From positions 248,001-312,000 of the forward strand of contig PNXW01004639.1 in the NCBI GenBank assembly GCA_013265495.1: 64,000 bases of DNA. Reading direction: 5' to 3'. The position numbers and the translations under genes are program-made. The notes beneath the pieces were generated by a model that was given only the letters and a program-made list of their open reading frames with translations, was not told where the DNA came from and did no database searches. Shown here piece by piece: positions 1-13,200 of this stretch. How positions within the stretch are numbered: the first letter of the stretch is position 1; the number at the start of each line of letters is the position of its first letter. Origin of the DNA: Vicugna vicugna. Its lineage: Eukaryota.

Positions 1-787
1 AGCGACAGCTGGAGGCCAGCTGGCCATTTCGCCCACCACACTTGGCCTTTCAGGAGGTCAACAGACGATGGAGTAGGTTGCAACCATTCATATATTTGAC
101 TTCACGGAAACTTGTCCTTTGGATGAGCACTAGAGAGACTTCTCTTGGTATTCAGAGAAACCAAATGTCAGAGACTGTAGCTCCCCCAGAAAAATTTTAT
201 ATAGTCTAGTGAGGCGTTGTCTAAAAAAAAATTAAATTTTTTCCCGAAAGAGTCAATGGAGTATGACGGATCTCCTGGGAAATCCTAATTATTGAGTGAA
301 ATGTTTTAGTCTGTGAAGGATGGTTGTGTTGGGCTTGCGTGCATGCTGGTACGTTGTCTTCTAGCACAGGAATCCTTGTTTTTCAGCACTTCTTTATCTC
401 TTCCATCTGTACAGTCAGGTCCAGCTCCATGCTCTGTCTCCATGCCTAATTGCTTCCAAAGACAAAAGAGAGTTGCCAGTTTGCAAAGTTAAATATATAC
501 AAAATGCATTGTTGGTTTTTTTCCTTCATGTTTCACTAACTTACAGATTCAAATATAATCTCTTGACACATAACCTAAAGAACTTTACTTGAAAAGGGAA
601 ATAACTCTACATTTTTTAATTCAAAAATAACTTTTTTGATCTATAACATCGTCCCTCCCCAAAGACTTCCCGTTCTCCTCTTCACCTAAACGAGTGGCCA
701 CGTCATGTGCACTTGAGGGGTGAACCCGTTTTTAGCAGAGCCTGAGAACCCGCACTGACAGATTTAACAACATCTGTATTTTGAACC

Positions 788-1290
788 TGTTACCCCACAA
801 GGTAAAGAACCCAGTTCCCGTCATACCTGAAAGAGAAGTTTACAGTCAGAGACGGCGTGTTGTGTAACGAAATATTTCAAAAGGTTTATTTAAAACAGGA
901 AAGGTACACCCCCAAGAACAGGAGGCGGGCTGGTCCGAGGGAGGGAGAGTGATGGCTTCTGTCTCCCCTTTCTCTGATGCCCTCACTTAGAGGTGGTCTT
1001 TTGACTGATCCCTGGGGTGCTTAGTCAGGTTTGGCCCCTTTGCGCATGTCCTTACCCATGACTCACACAGAAAAGCCCGTGGAGGTGGCTAAACTGCAAC
1101 GTTAATTATAATACACTGAGCATTGGGTCGGGTCTGGTTAAGTTCTTTCTGCTGCCACAGTCATGGCTGTCGGGTTCTAACTGGTTCCTTGCTAGTGTCA
1201 TTTAGAAGTTGAGTCCTTTTACACTGGAGGCGGGCACAATGCCACCTTCCAGACCACCCTCCCTCTCCTCCATCCGTCTGCCCGGTGCCC
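788..1290 (-). mobile_element. ERV1-like (MER4-group-type) LTR
   Basis: TGTTACC start, minus-strand AATAAA (tttatt about 885), GCGCATG and AATTATAAT motifs typical of this LTR class; the far end is uncertain. Confidence 0.45.
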
Positions 1291-4200
1291 CCACTCATCT
1301 ACCCACCTAACAAACCCATGGATCCAACAATCCCATGGAAGTAGAACACCATGGGGCAAGCAAAACATTCTTTTCAGGAGGGAAAATACAGCTCTCCAAG
1401 TACAGGAACTAAACTTCCACAGCTTATTTTTGGGGTAAACTCCTACCACCTTAAAAACAGGGATCATATTCTGAGCCTATTTACCTCTTTGAGCATTATT
1501 TTCTTAATAATTGTCTGTGATTCCAGACTTCAGGAGACAAAAGCAGAAACAGGAGGTAGGGAGAGAGGTTGCTTTTTGGTGTCCACACTGATAAGAGGCA
1601 AGACAGCACAGAGAACTGCAGGAAACTACAAAGAGCTGAGATCAAGAATTTTAAATGGAAGGGGCCTTCCTACCTCATTCCGTTTTGTTGTTTGTTTTTG
1701 TTTGTTCTTTTATCATTCCGTTTTAAAGTCTTCCCTGCACTATAGCATGGAATAGTAATCCAGGTTCCTAATGATAACACTGAGTAATCAGTGCAGTGAA
1801 CATTCACTGACAGATGCCCTGTATTCAGCATCACAGTTTATATTCAGCCCAGCACACTTTCGGGCACAGACTATAGGATTTCAACTCTCATATGTTGAAT
1901 AATACTGTGAAAATAAACTTTGCAGAAACACAACGGAAATTAAGTACATTGTATTGTGATTTTTTTTTATGGGACCATTTCAAGAGAAGGGTATAAGAAA
2001 GTTTAAAAGACATCAAGAATAAAGCAAGTGAGCTGGTAACTGAGAGTTTAAAAAAAAAGGATGAAAAATCCATTAAAGATTATAGGAAAAGGTCAGCAAT
2101 ATAGAGCTTTGAAAAATGCAGAGGTAACGTAATGTAGCAGCAGAAATCCTGGATCTTCTGAAACTCACAGATTAAAGATTTAAGAAGGCTGTAAATGAGG
2201 TAGAGGTAGTATTTGATATAGAAAATGATTAAGATATAAATAAGAATCTCAGTGCAGGCAAGACGCTGGTAAGGACGTATATTAGACATGTTCAAGGGTG
2301 CATGACAGATGAGAAGGCAGAGGAGGAGAGAGTAGGTGCAAGTCCAGGAGAACTTAACTATCGGGGGCCTTGGGAGCCGTATAAAATGAGAACTTTCGGA
2401 GGAAAAAGAGCAAAACCAAACTGCCATTTAGCATAACTAGAAAGTAGACTGCATTCTTTAAAGAATGAAGAATGAATTGACATAAAAGCTTAGGAGAGTA
2501 ACAGATTCAAACTGAAGAACTGAAGAAGAAGATAGTCTAGGTTTGAAAACAGCAGAATTGTTAAATACTGTCATCAGAATTACACCAGGAGATCCAAGCT
2601 CAGGCTTAATTGCCCCAGTGAAGGAAGTACTTAATGAGTTAAGACTGAGAAATATTTTGAAAATTATGGAAAAATGCACCCAAAAAAGGGTGCTGTGCAT
2701 AGAGAAGGACATTCATAAAGTGGCCCAAGCAGCACCTTGTTCTTGGTGACTCAGCTTCTGGTACGTTCCCTCTCTTTGCTCTTCTAATTAAAACGTGTTC
2801 ACAAAAGGGAAGGATACTTAAGAACTCTGACAAAATCTGGAGAATACATTGCAATCACTCTTGGTTTACTGATTAGAATTATTTTTCCAGATCTTCTCAT
2901 TAATTATAAACATGGAAATCATTGTACCTGGTGCTTTACGATAAATATTCAAGCAACCAAAGCTGTAAAATATAATCTGGCAGTTCAAGTGATTTATTAC
3001 CACAGCATAATGCTTGAGACATTACTAGTAACTGAAAACCTGAAATATTTCAAGTGAAATATTTAAAGAAATGAAGATGTCTTTAAACTAAAGAAAACCA
3101 AGTTGAGGAGGGTAGATTCTTCTTCACTTCCTCACACAAGTATCATCAAATTAACCCTTTACCATATTCCATTATGTAAGTAGTACAACTTTGTATAATG
3201 CTATAGATTTAATAAGACCAGGAAAAAACAAAAACTGGTTGCTCACTGGATTACTTAACAGCCCTTATAAGAAACAGAGTTGGTACATTTTTTCACCATA
3301 ACTCTGTTCTTTTATGACGCCTAAATATGTTATTAAATGATGCATGTGTGTAGAATATTGTCCTAAGAAACAAAAATGAACAATTGAGTAGTAAGATGAA
3401 CATTTTAAAATATGACTTTTTCCTCCAAAAAGATGCTATTCAATTACATGTAACTTGCAAGACATTCAGAACTTTGTGGTGTTCAATTAACTGTCTTGAA
3501 TGGAAAAGGTTGATAACACAAGAAAGCACAGACTATTTCAAAATTCATATATATTTTGTCTTCGTTTTTGAAAGGAGATATAGCTGATCTGGTCATTCTT
3601 CTCTAGTTAAAAGAAAACAACGTAGCCAGGCATAATTTTGCGGGAGGTTATAATCCAAGTGCACTGGAATTTAAAGACTTAATTTTACCCAGCACATTTC
3701 TTGACTACAGAGGGAAAGGTAACCACCCCACCTTTATACACAGACAGAAAGAAAGTCTTGGGAGAGTCACAGTGTGAAGTGCATTTTCCATATGGTGTGA
3801 TTTAAATAGCTTGGAACTGACCACAGAAAAGATAGGTCAAAGGAATGGATGAAGTCAAGCCTGCTCGGGACTGTGAAGTTTCAGTTCACTGTGCACGTTT
3901 CTCTGAAGTGAACACTGCCAAGAGTCAGCCTGCAGGCCAGTGCTCCTTGACCTGCCCAGTTTGGTTCTGCTCTGCATTTTCCAGCATTTAAAAGTGGAAG
4001 ATGTCACCTGCAAGTCCGGATTCGTGGATTCTCTTTAAAACCAGACCTCATAACGAGGGATCCGCGTTCCCTGCCTCTTTACATCGGGTACTTGCTCACA
4101 TCGTCTCAGCTCAAATTCTTACTGTCTCTCCAACACGGAGACAGTGCCAGTTGTTCTGAAACATCGCACCGGCCTACACCCACTTACCGCTCACGTTTAC

Positions 4201-4483
4201 GTCACCTGCCTGATGACACATCAGTGTCTGAAGCTCACTCTCAGGTCTTAGAGGACCAAGCCTGTGCCGCCATATTTCTGGTCCCTCAGCCAAGTCCTGA
4301 AGTCCCAGCCAAAAAGTCATCCCTTAGCGCTTGGGGTAACAGCAGAGACCTTCTCTCTGTCCTTTCCACTATGGATGTCCGCTGGGATGTATCTAAGCTG
4401 GATTTACTTTCTTTCAGCAGCCTTTCAGTTAGCGTGTGGTTTCACATGTTCAATATCTTTATGTTCTGCATTAGACTAGATTC

Positions 4484-4647
4484 CTTTTAGATTTATGTTT
4501 TGGGGGAAGGAGGGAGGCAATTAGGTTTATTTTAATTTATTTATTTAAGTTATTTAATTAATTTATTTTTTAATGGAGATACTGGGGATTGAACCCAGGA
4601 CCTCATGCATGCTAAGTATGCATTCTACCACTGAGCTATACCCTCCC
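4484..4647 (-). mobile_element. tRNA-derived SINE (camelid Vic-1-like)
   Basis: Reverse complement reads GGGAGGGTATAGCTCAGTGGTAGA...GGTTCAATCCCCAG (A and B boxes) plus an AT-rich tail; flanking repeat CTAGATTC at 4476-4483 and 4650-4657. Confidence 0.9.
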
Positions 4648-6183
4648 TGCTAGATTCGTATTTTAATGCATTCATTCTCTCTTGAATTTTCTTAGTCTGG
4701 AGGTTATCACATATGTTTAGATTTTATTTCAAAGTCTGTATTTTTCTTTTCAACATTTTCAAGTGTTTCTTTTCCCTAACTATTTTCTATGTAATGTCTG
4801 TGTGCTCTGTTTCATGATTTCTTGCTCTTTTTAATCTCGCATGGAGGGTCCTAAACATACTTATTTTAATGTAATTTTCACAGTGTTCTGTTGTTTTTCA
4901 TTTTTTCTGGAATGAATTCATCTCCTGGTTGTTTTGTTTTCTCTTGTCGGTTGTCTTTCCTAGCTTATTCTTTTCCTCGTATGTTTGGAACTTAGATTTG
5001 CGTGTTCTTCCTGCCTGTTAGTGTGTTCTCTTGTTTTCTTACTCTCTCCCTCCCCCCTCCTCCTCCCTCCACTCCCCCATCCCCTCCTCCCGTTCACAAC
5101 ATTTTCTCCTTCTCCAGTTAACAGTTTCTGAGTGCTTTCACTTAGTTCTCTCCCCACACTGACTCACAGATCTGCAATGAATTCTCGTTATAATAGTTTA
5201 GGGCTCCTGTTCAAATGTCATTGGGATTATCTCAGCTCTGGTCATTGACACAAAGAGCCTACACTCTGGCTGCAAGGCTGTTTGTGTCTCTGACCTTCCT
5301 TAGAAGCAACAGTCAAAGGTAGTTTTTTCTAACACTCCTTTTACAGGCAGGGCTATCTGACATAAGCGCCTAATTTCAAGCAGTGCACTGGGTTTGGTTC
5401 CTGCTTTGATGGGAAGGGGCATCTTTCATTGTATGAGCCCCTGAAGAGGGAGATAAAGATCTCAGGAGTACTTGCCTACCCCTGCCACTGGGTTCAGCTC
5501 CAACTCCCATTTGTCTTTTTGTTTCATATCTGATCCATAAAATGACGGTTTTGTGTTGAGCTCAGTGAGACCTTATACATTTTTTTTCTTTTCTAAAATG
5601 TGTCATTGCTGGGAGCCTGAAGTCGAGGGCTTGTCTCTAAGAGAAGGTAACAGAGCTTCTTACCTGGAAATTTTCCCATACCTCTCTCACTTTCTAACCA
5701 GACACCCTCCCTTCCCCTCTCTCTTCCCCTCTTCCCCTCCCTCTTTAAAACACATGGAATCGCCCAGCTGTAATCAGCAAAGCCTGCTTTATCACCCACT
5801 TCCCCTCTAAACATCTCATTTACCTTCTTTGATCTTAGCTGGAACTTTGAGGAAACTTGAAACTGCTTTCTGGCAGTCATTTCAAATGAAAACCTTTCTC
5901 TTTCACATCCCAATTAGCTCAAGATAAAGGATTCGACTTCCTTGCTCTCTGTTGCCACATCTGAAGTATTTCTCCTCTTTCTTCTTTGAATACTTCCAGC
6001 TCCTTTATGACAACTTGTTCGTGTCTTTCCTCATTATTATCATATGGCGTCTCCTATGTAGATGTCATCTAGTTTCTCCCCGTAAGTCATTGAGGTCTCC
6101 CTCCCTCAGTTTTTTTCCGTTCAGTCACAGCTGCATTAGAGCAGTCATCTAACCAGGTTTTGTTCCTGCATCTTTGGTTAGGG

Positions 6184-7556
6184 CAGCAGTTCTCAAATAT
6201 TTTGTCCTCAGGACCCCTTCTACACTCTTAAAAATTTCCGAGAACCCCAATGTTGATGTGCGTGACGAGGATCAGTATTACCATATTAAAACCCCAAATG
6301 GAGACATTATAAAAATCTATAAAATATTTAAAATCTTTAAAAATAATAAACTGATTGCATGTCAACATAAAACATTTTGGTGAAAATTAGCTATATTTCT
6401 CAAAGACACACTTAGTGAGAAGAGTGATCTATCACGTTACATTTTTGCACTGGCTGGCTTAGGGAGAACACGCTAGATTTTCATTTCTGCCTCTGAATTC
6501 AGCATTGCAACGTGGTCTTTTAGTTGAAGTTCCAAAAGAGACTGTGGCCTCACACAGCTGTGGCCTTGGAAAAGGGAAGAGGATTTTAACTGCCTTTTTA
6601 GCTAATTTTGGATTATTTCCTCGACACAACGCTAAATCTTGACAAAAAGTAATTTCTTCAGTGCTGTGCAACATAGAAACTGAAACCATATCAGTGAGCT
6701 GCTTGTACTCTGTTACACTGGACCACATACCTGCTTTGTACTTGAATGAATCTTTGACCCATGATAACATTGTAACATGCATTGGTCGTTCGGAAAATAT
6801 TGAGTGGCTGATTTATGCAGCTCTTACAAATACTGACCATTTCACTACACAATATTAAATATATTTATTATTATAACTATTGATCTCAAAAGAAAAATCT
6901 TTGAGCAGCGAGAAGCTGTTACCTCTCACAGTTGTGCGTTTTAGTATGCCAGAATTTAATTTTCACATAGAAACTCAAGTTGTGTCACTGGTAATACTTA
7001 CTGACAGCTGTTTTCCGCTGACTCACACGCTTTATTTTCAGTACAGTGTCCTCCAAATACCCAAGTCTGTGTAACCATAGTTTGCCTGTTTGTCATTCTT
7101 TCAGATAAAACTGGTGTTCTCCACGAACACTGGCTAATTTTAGCTCACAGCTCAACCCATCACACGTGTGTTCCTCAAGACCACATCAGACTTCAGGGTG
7201 GAGCTGGCACACGTTATGTGTAATTCCTGTTTTGTCACACAGAATGTTAAAAAGGCCTATATTCATGGGCTGACAATACAATCAATTTTCTGCCTCATCA
7301 AGGACATTCTTAAGAGAAACTGGCATTTTCTTCTAACTGTAAGTGTGTGATGGTGAAAAACAAGATGACAACTGGCACAGGCTGGTGCCGCTGCCTCGAT
7401 TCATGCTAACATGCTAGCCGTCTACCTGTCATTGCTTTTACACCATCATTGCCAGTGTCGACGCAGTGAAAACGGCGAGTGATGCCTCAGTGTTACTGTG
7501 ACAGGTGGAAACGTCTCAGGAACCCTCAGGACCCAGGCACCACACCTGAAGCGCTG
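6184..7556. mobile_element. hAT-Charlie DNA transposon (Charlie1a-like, about 1.37 kb)
   Basis: Starts CAGCAGTTCTCAAA...CTCAGGACCCC..TACACTCTTAAAAAT and ends in a degenerate TIR. Minus-strand ORF 6459-6782 encodes a decayed hAT dimerisation motif (LAKKAVKILFPFP..LCEA..S...STK). Confidence 0.85.
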
Positions 7557-7564
7557 GCCTAATG

Positions 7565-7741
7565 CAGGGGCTGCCCGGTGCTGGTTGCATACTCAAAGAA
7601 TGTGGAGAGCTTCTGGAAAATACCTATGCTCAGATCCCAAGCCAGACCAGCGCAATCAGAACCAGTGAGCGCGGGAGCAGGCATCAGTGTTTTTTAAAAG
7701 CTTCCTCGGCGTGTCTACTATCAGCCACGCCGAGAAACTTG
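7565..7741. mobile_element. MER5-type hAT MITE
   Basis: GGAGAGCTT...AAAATAC...CCAGACC...AATCAGAA...AGGCATCAGTGTTTTTTAAAAGCT motifs. Confidence 0.6.
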
Positions 7742-7937
7742 AATCTGGTCTCAATGGTATTTGAACTTGCTCTCAAATCTGTGTTTCCCCTTTTTTGTTT
7801 TGTGATTCTGACTTTGCCCAAGTTATTTGATGTGCTACAATACTTACCTATCACTCTTCTTGATCATTCAAATCTTATATTCTGGAAGAAAGCTTTTCAA
7901 ACTTTAAATTAAAACGGTGATCAAGATAAAGCATTCA

Positions 7938-8053
7938 GGGAGAGGGTGTAGCTCAAGCGGTAGAGTGCGTTCTCAGCAGGCAGGGAGTCCTGGGTTCAAC
8001 CCCAAGTACTTCCTCTAAAAATAAATAACTTACCCCCCCAAAAAAATTTTTAC
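7938..8053 (+). mobile_element. tRNA-derived SINE (Vic-1-like)
   Basis: GGGAGAGGGTGTAGCTCAAGCGGTAGAG...GGGTTCAACCCC; 14-bp target-site duplication (TSD) ATAAAGCATTCAGG at 7926-7939 and 8054-8067. Confidence 0.9.
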
Positions 8054-10049
8054 ATAAAGCATTCAGGAACTATCACCTAACTTGTGCAATTAATTGATGA
8101 TTGTTTTTACTGTACTCATTTTGTTAAATTTTTTATTAAAAAACATCAAAATAAAAAGCTCTCCTCCATTTTTTTTTCTTTAAAAAAAATCAGGGGACTA
8201 GGTTGGAGTCAAAGTATTGATTTAACTCATTCTCTTGTAGTTACTTACATAATGGGAATGATGTTCAAAAAAGTATTCTCTCAGAGGAAGAGTATCTGAA
8301 TCACACAGAAGATTACATATTGCCCTCTGTGCTGTACCCAGAGAAGTACTAGCACAATTTTAAAACATATCTAACAGTGGTTAAATTTTTAAGTGTTTTC
8401 TTCTTAGTTCATTATAATACTTTATATTGAAGCCATTTGGTTTATTGGAGATTTATTCTACTCTTTCCTTTGGGTTTTAAAATGATTATTGATCACTCTG
8501 TGAACTTTTTCTTGGGAAAAAATCCACCATTTTTTTTTGTATTTGCTAATAAGCAAAGAAAATCATATTGCAATTTATTAACTTCCGTCTTATACATAGT
8601 ACTTAGCCTGATTTTGAATTTCTCTGGACAGACTACTCTGGCATCAGTGGACAGAGTTAAGCTTGCTGGCAGAAATTACACGACAGGTCTCTCTAAGTGA
8701 CAGAATTTCCTAATAAATATTAGGCCATAAAGCAAAAGTGAACAGTGTAATAAAAATAAGTTTTCTGCTTGTGACATGTTTTCTTATGAAAAATGTAAAA
8801 CTTTTAAGATAACCTATTGTTTTTTATGCTAACCCTTCCACCTCGGACCACACTCTTTTTTTTCCTTTCCTTAAAACAATAAACGAGGTTGAGAGTTTCA
8901 GATAACCAATGACACCAAGAAGCTAATGGCAAAAATCCATGAATCCAGCTTGTGGGCCACGGGGCACTAGCTCTCTAGCGTGGTTGATAAAACTTCCAGA
9001 ATATCGTTTGAACACTTTACTAGATGGAACTTAAGATGGGAATTGGAGGGAAAAAAGTATTTCTCTTCCTTTACATGGACTGTCGTTCTGAACTGTTATC
9101 AAGCTGTCTGATATAACACCAAAGAGCAAGTGATGCTCAGAGTCTGAAAGAGAAGGAGAGAATTCCTGCAGGTCAGAAGAAGAGGATAATGATTTTTTAA
9201 GAATCTATCAAGAGACTGATGACATGAAGAGAAATTTCAGGCAAGCAAAAGAAACGGCTGGAAATAACCGTCTCAGGCTTTGCTGGTCTTACGCCCTTGT
9301 CCTTCAGAGCCGCCACAGGGAACAGCTTCGCAGCCTTATTGACCATGAAGCAGTTACAGTCTCCATGAAAATCTGCTAAATTGACTCTCTGGATGCTTTT
9401 GGACAAATAGCACAAGGTCAGGCCTCGAGGTCTCACTGGCTTAACGATAGTTATTTTTTTCACTCCCTTCTCTTTTAAATGATCATTGTTTCAAATAAAG
9501 TATCTACTTAAATTATCAGTACATCAAACTTCTATGAAACAGGGAACTAATGGTAAATAAGTCCAGTCGCAGTGCTCCCGTCAGAGACCAGGCTTATCTG
9601 GAGCTGCAGTCCTGACTGCGTTCCTACTGGGCCACCGAGATGCAACTTCTCAGCACAGTGAATTTGAGCTCAGGATGCTTTTATCTGTGACAGGGCCTCG
9701 TGCCACTTTGGGAATATCTTGGGGGAAAAAAATCACATCTGCATATAAGTCTGTATTTTGTTGCCTCTTCTTCCTTGCAGAGGGTTACCTTACGATTCAT
9801 TAACCTGTCAGATTATTTGGTTACTATCTGTTTCAGTCATTTCTATTTAATTTTTCACCTCCACTCTTCGTGTTAACTGAGCAAGTGTGACGTTACTCTA
9901 CAGATTTCTTATTCAAAGCATCCTGGCTTATTTCCATTTTTACGAGCCCTTTTTCCCCTCCTGGCCCCTTCCTTCCTTCCTCCCCCCCCACCCCCGCTCG
10001 CTAGTTCTCATACTTATTTCAGAATCACAGGGAAGGGTTATAGATCGTC

Positions 10050-10230
10050 CTTCAGTACTTACCATGTCCCAGGCGTGGATGTGCATACATTTCTTCTTCA
10101 TTTTTGCAATCATACCCTGAAGTAGATTATCATTTCCCCCAGTTTGCAGATATGGTACCTCAAGCTTAGAAAGAACACGTGAATTGACCAGGTTAGTAGG
10201 TGGCAGAGTTGTCGATGGAACCCAGCTGCA
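10050..10230 (-). mobile_element. MIR SINE (degenerate)
   Basis: ACCCTGAAGTAGATTATCATTTCCCC.AGTTTGCAGAT...AGTAGGTGGCAGAG. Confidence 0.55.
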
Positions 10231-13200
10231 GTGCCTCTCTCCCTGTGAAATGAGATTCCCAACCCTCTGTCTGTGAGCCTGCCTCTAACCAGAGCCCCAG
10301 AGTGTCCTTCCTTTAAAAAGGAAGTTAATATTAGTTTTTTTTTAACTCATTTAAATGATATTAACCTCAAAAGAATTGAACTGTATTCCAAATAGCACAA
10401 GCTTCCCTTAATGGCCCCTTCCAGGTCTATTATCTATATTTTCATCTAAAGCCATCTTGAAGTCATTTATGTTTTTTATACTCAGCATTTCACAGAGTAG
10501 AATTTTTCAGATGTTTACCATTCATCCCATTAGACTGCTCCTCCTTTTAGACCTTCAGAGGTTCTCCACTCATCCCTCTTCTCTGGCATTCCACGGACTT
10601 GCTGCCTGCATCTAGGTTCACTCCCTCTCCTCCTCTTACAGCACCGGCCTTCGCCATCTCAGCCTTGACTTCTCAGGGTTGTAATTGTCAGTCTGTTACT
10701 GCACTGCTGACCCTCCTCCTTGATATCTTTAATTGCCCTCCTTTGGATCCTTTTCCCATCGACTGTATTCTTCTGAAAGAAGAGATCAAATGGATTTCAC
10801 AAATTATTTCTGATCTGAAAGCTTTGTTTGGGAAGTACCATGAAGGATGGATTGAAGAAAGGACATGAATCCAAAAGTCTCAAAGCTCTGCTAATACCTA
10901 AGAGGTGATGAGGTCGTGCTGGGGGAGAAAACGGGCTGTTATGCGAGGAATGTAAGTTAATGAAAGGAATTTCGGTTAAGACACAACTCTTAGCATTTGG
11001 CCCCTATATGGCCTTGAGCTAATCACTGAAGGTCTTGGGGCTTAATCCTTTTACTTGAGGGAGGAGAGCTATCATATCTGCCTAACCTGTTGTTTTGAGC
11101 GTTAGAAGAAATATATTCATTTAGATTTATAGGAAGTACTTTAAAAGTTGTCATCATGACAATCTAGATTTGGGCAGTTTGGTTAAAAAGGGAGATACAG
11201 GGAATGAAGCAGACGAGAATGAGAAAGAACAAGGTGTTCAGCTGGAGAGACTGGGGTCCTATTAACACACCATGAATGATTTCAGGACTTCTAGGTTTCT
11301 AGTTTGTCCCTGACATGCCACACTGTATGGGACCTGGATTCTCATTTGGAAAAATTAACCATCTTTGAAAAGACAGAGTTTTGATAATACTGGAGCATTA
11401 TTCATCAGATAACTTGTGCTGTGAGCTTCTCTGTGTAAGAAGCTGGGGAAGAGGGACAGTGACTGGCAGAGAAAAAAAAAAGTTCCAAGCTGGGCAGAGG
11501 TCGGAGGAGGAGAGACGGGGGTGGAAGGTGGAAGACGGTTTTTTTATTCATAGCTTACCCTTTTCTTCTGTTTGCTCCGCGGGGTTTTCAACTGGTGTAC
11601 AGATTTCCTGCTGATGGTTGATTCTGCTTTACAATACCTGCATTTTATCCTAGTTTGTTTCCTAAAGTTGAGAAATCAACTGATAGATCTTTTTCTAAAA
11701 AGTGTTCGCTGTCCAAGAAGTCATTGATTGCTAGTATATTATGGCTTAATTCACAGATGCTTCCAGCGAGGATTTCTGTTCACGGCTCAGGTTCAAGGCT
11801 CTCGCTCTTTATCCTTTCCTGAACTATTCTTGCCCAAAGGAGAGATTTTACCAACAGAGTAGCAGGGTAAAGTCTACATTATAAACAATCGCTGTGTTTT
11901 AAAATTTCCATTTCTCCCTATCACTACTCATACGTCTAGCTTAGAATAATCTATCCTTATTGAATTTCTATATTACATTTCATTGCCATTTAAAAATATA
12001 TATGTTAGATAGACTAACACCAAGTACGTACTTTCCACAGTAAGATTTCAACACCAGATGCTTTCTGCTCTTCCCTGTGTGATGCTGTTCCTCTCGGTCA
12101 CTCTGTGTTCTTCCTATAGATTTTGTAACCTGCAATGCTCTGCATCCTTTTTATCTTCCAAGCATCTGACATTCAAATTACATCTAGGCTTTCCCTTGCT
12201 CGTGAAACATCCTTCAGTGTGTTTTCATTAGGGCTTTTAACACGTGTTTTGAGGAACTGATGCCGCCCGACTTGGCTTTTCTGTTTCCTTCCACAGTGCA
12301 ATGGACCAATATAATAAACAACTTCATCCTTTCTATTTTCCTTAAATACACTATAAAATGTCCTCATTATTTGTAACTGAGCCTTGGAATCTAAAAATAT
12401 TAAAATTTTTTTAAAAGTTGAGGATTCCCAGAATTTTTAATTCAAGAATCATTTCCCTATATTTAATCGATTTTATCAGAAGCTAAATTGAATCTTGTTT
12501 CAGATAACGTTCACCTTTCTTTAATTAGTATAGTGAGCACATGGATTCCCTGAGGATACACGCAGTAAAACTTTGGGTTGCATTTATTTTGGATTGCATT
12601 TATTAAGTGGTGCCTTAAGAAACAGCATTCAGAAGTCTTGGGTTTAGTTCTTCAGTCTGTTAATCAGAATTGGCCATCAGCCTCTCCAGTGGCACGGTAC
12701 CTTCTCTGGGCCACCGAAATCCTTTGGTCAAATGGCCCCTGTTCCCCGTGTCACCTCTGTTGTCGTCTGACACATCTGCATCTGGTAGGGAAATTACATC
12801 CTTCAGTTTTCACTATTATTGTAATTCTAATCGTTTGTAATTCTACAGTTCTTCCTATTACATAACTATTTCAGAATTCCCTTCCTTAATTAACACTGAA
12901 GCAACAGCTAGAAAGTAGGTCATATCGAAAATACCTGTGTTCTTCCTTGTCATCTGGGGGTCCACCTCCCTCTCCTGTTCCCCCAGCAACCCCGAGAGAG
13001 TGCATGTGCTTCTGATTCTCAGTCAATCAATCTCAGAGTAAAAGGCATGCCATGTCATTCTGAGACAGACAACGTCCCGTAATGAAAAACTGCTCAGGTA
13101 TTCCCAGGGTTAAGACCTTAGACCATAACCAACATAAAGCTTGATTTTTATAACTGACCTATTTTGGCTATTATCAGGGTAAACGTACTTTTGATGAACA

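Noticed and set aside
6459..6782. ORF with transposase-like motif
   Set aside because: Decayed C-terminal fragment inside an internally deleted Charlie element; not a domesticated gene.
12912..12922. ROR/REV-ERB element AAAGTAGGTCA
   Set aside because: Single isolated motif with no supporting context.
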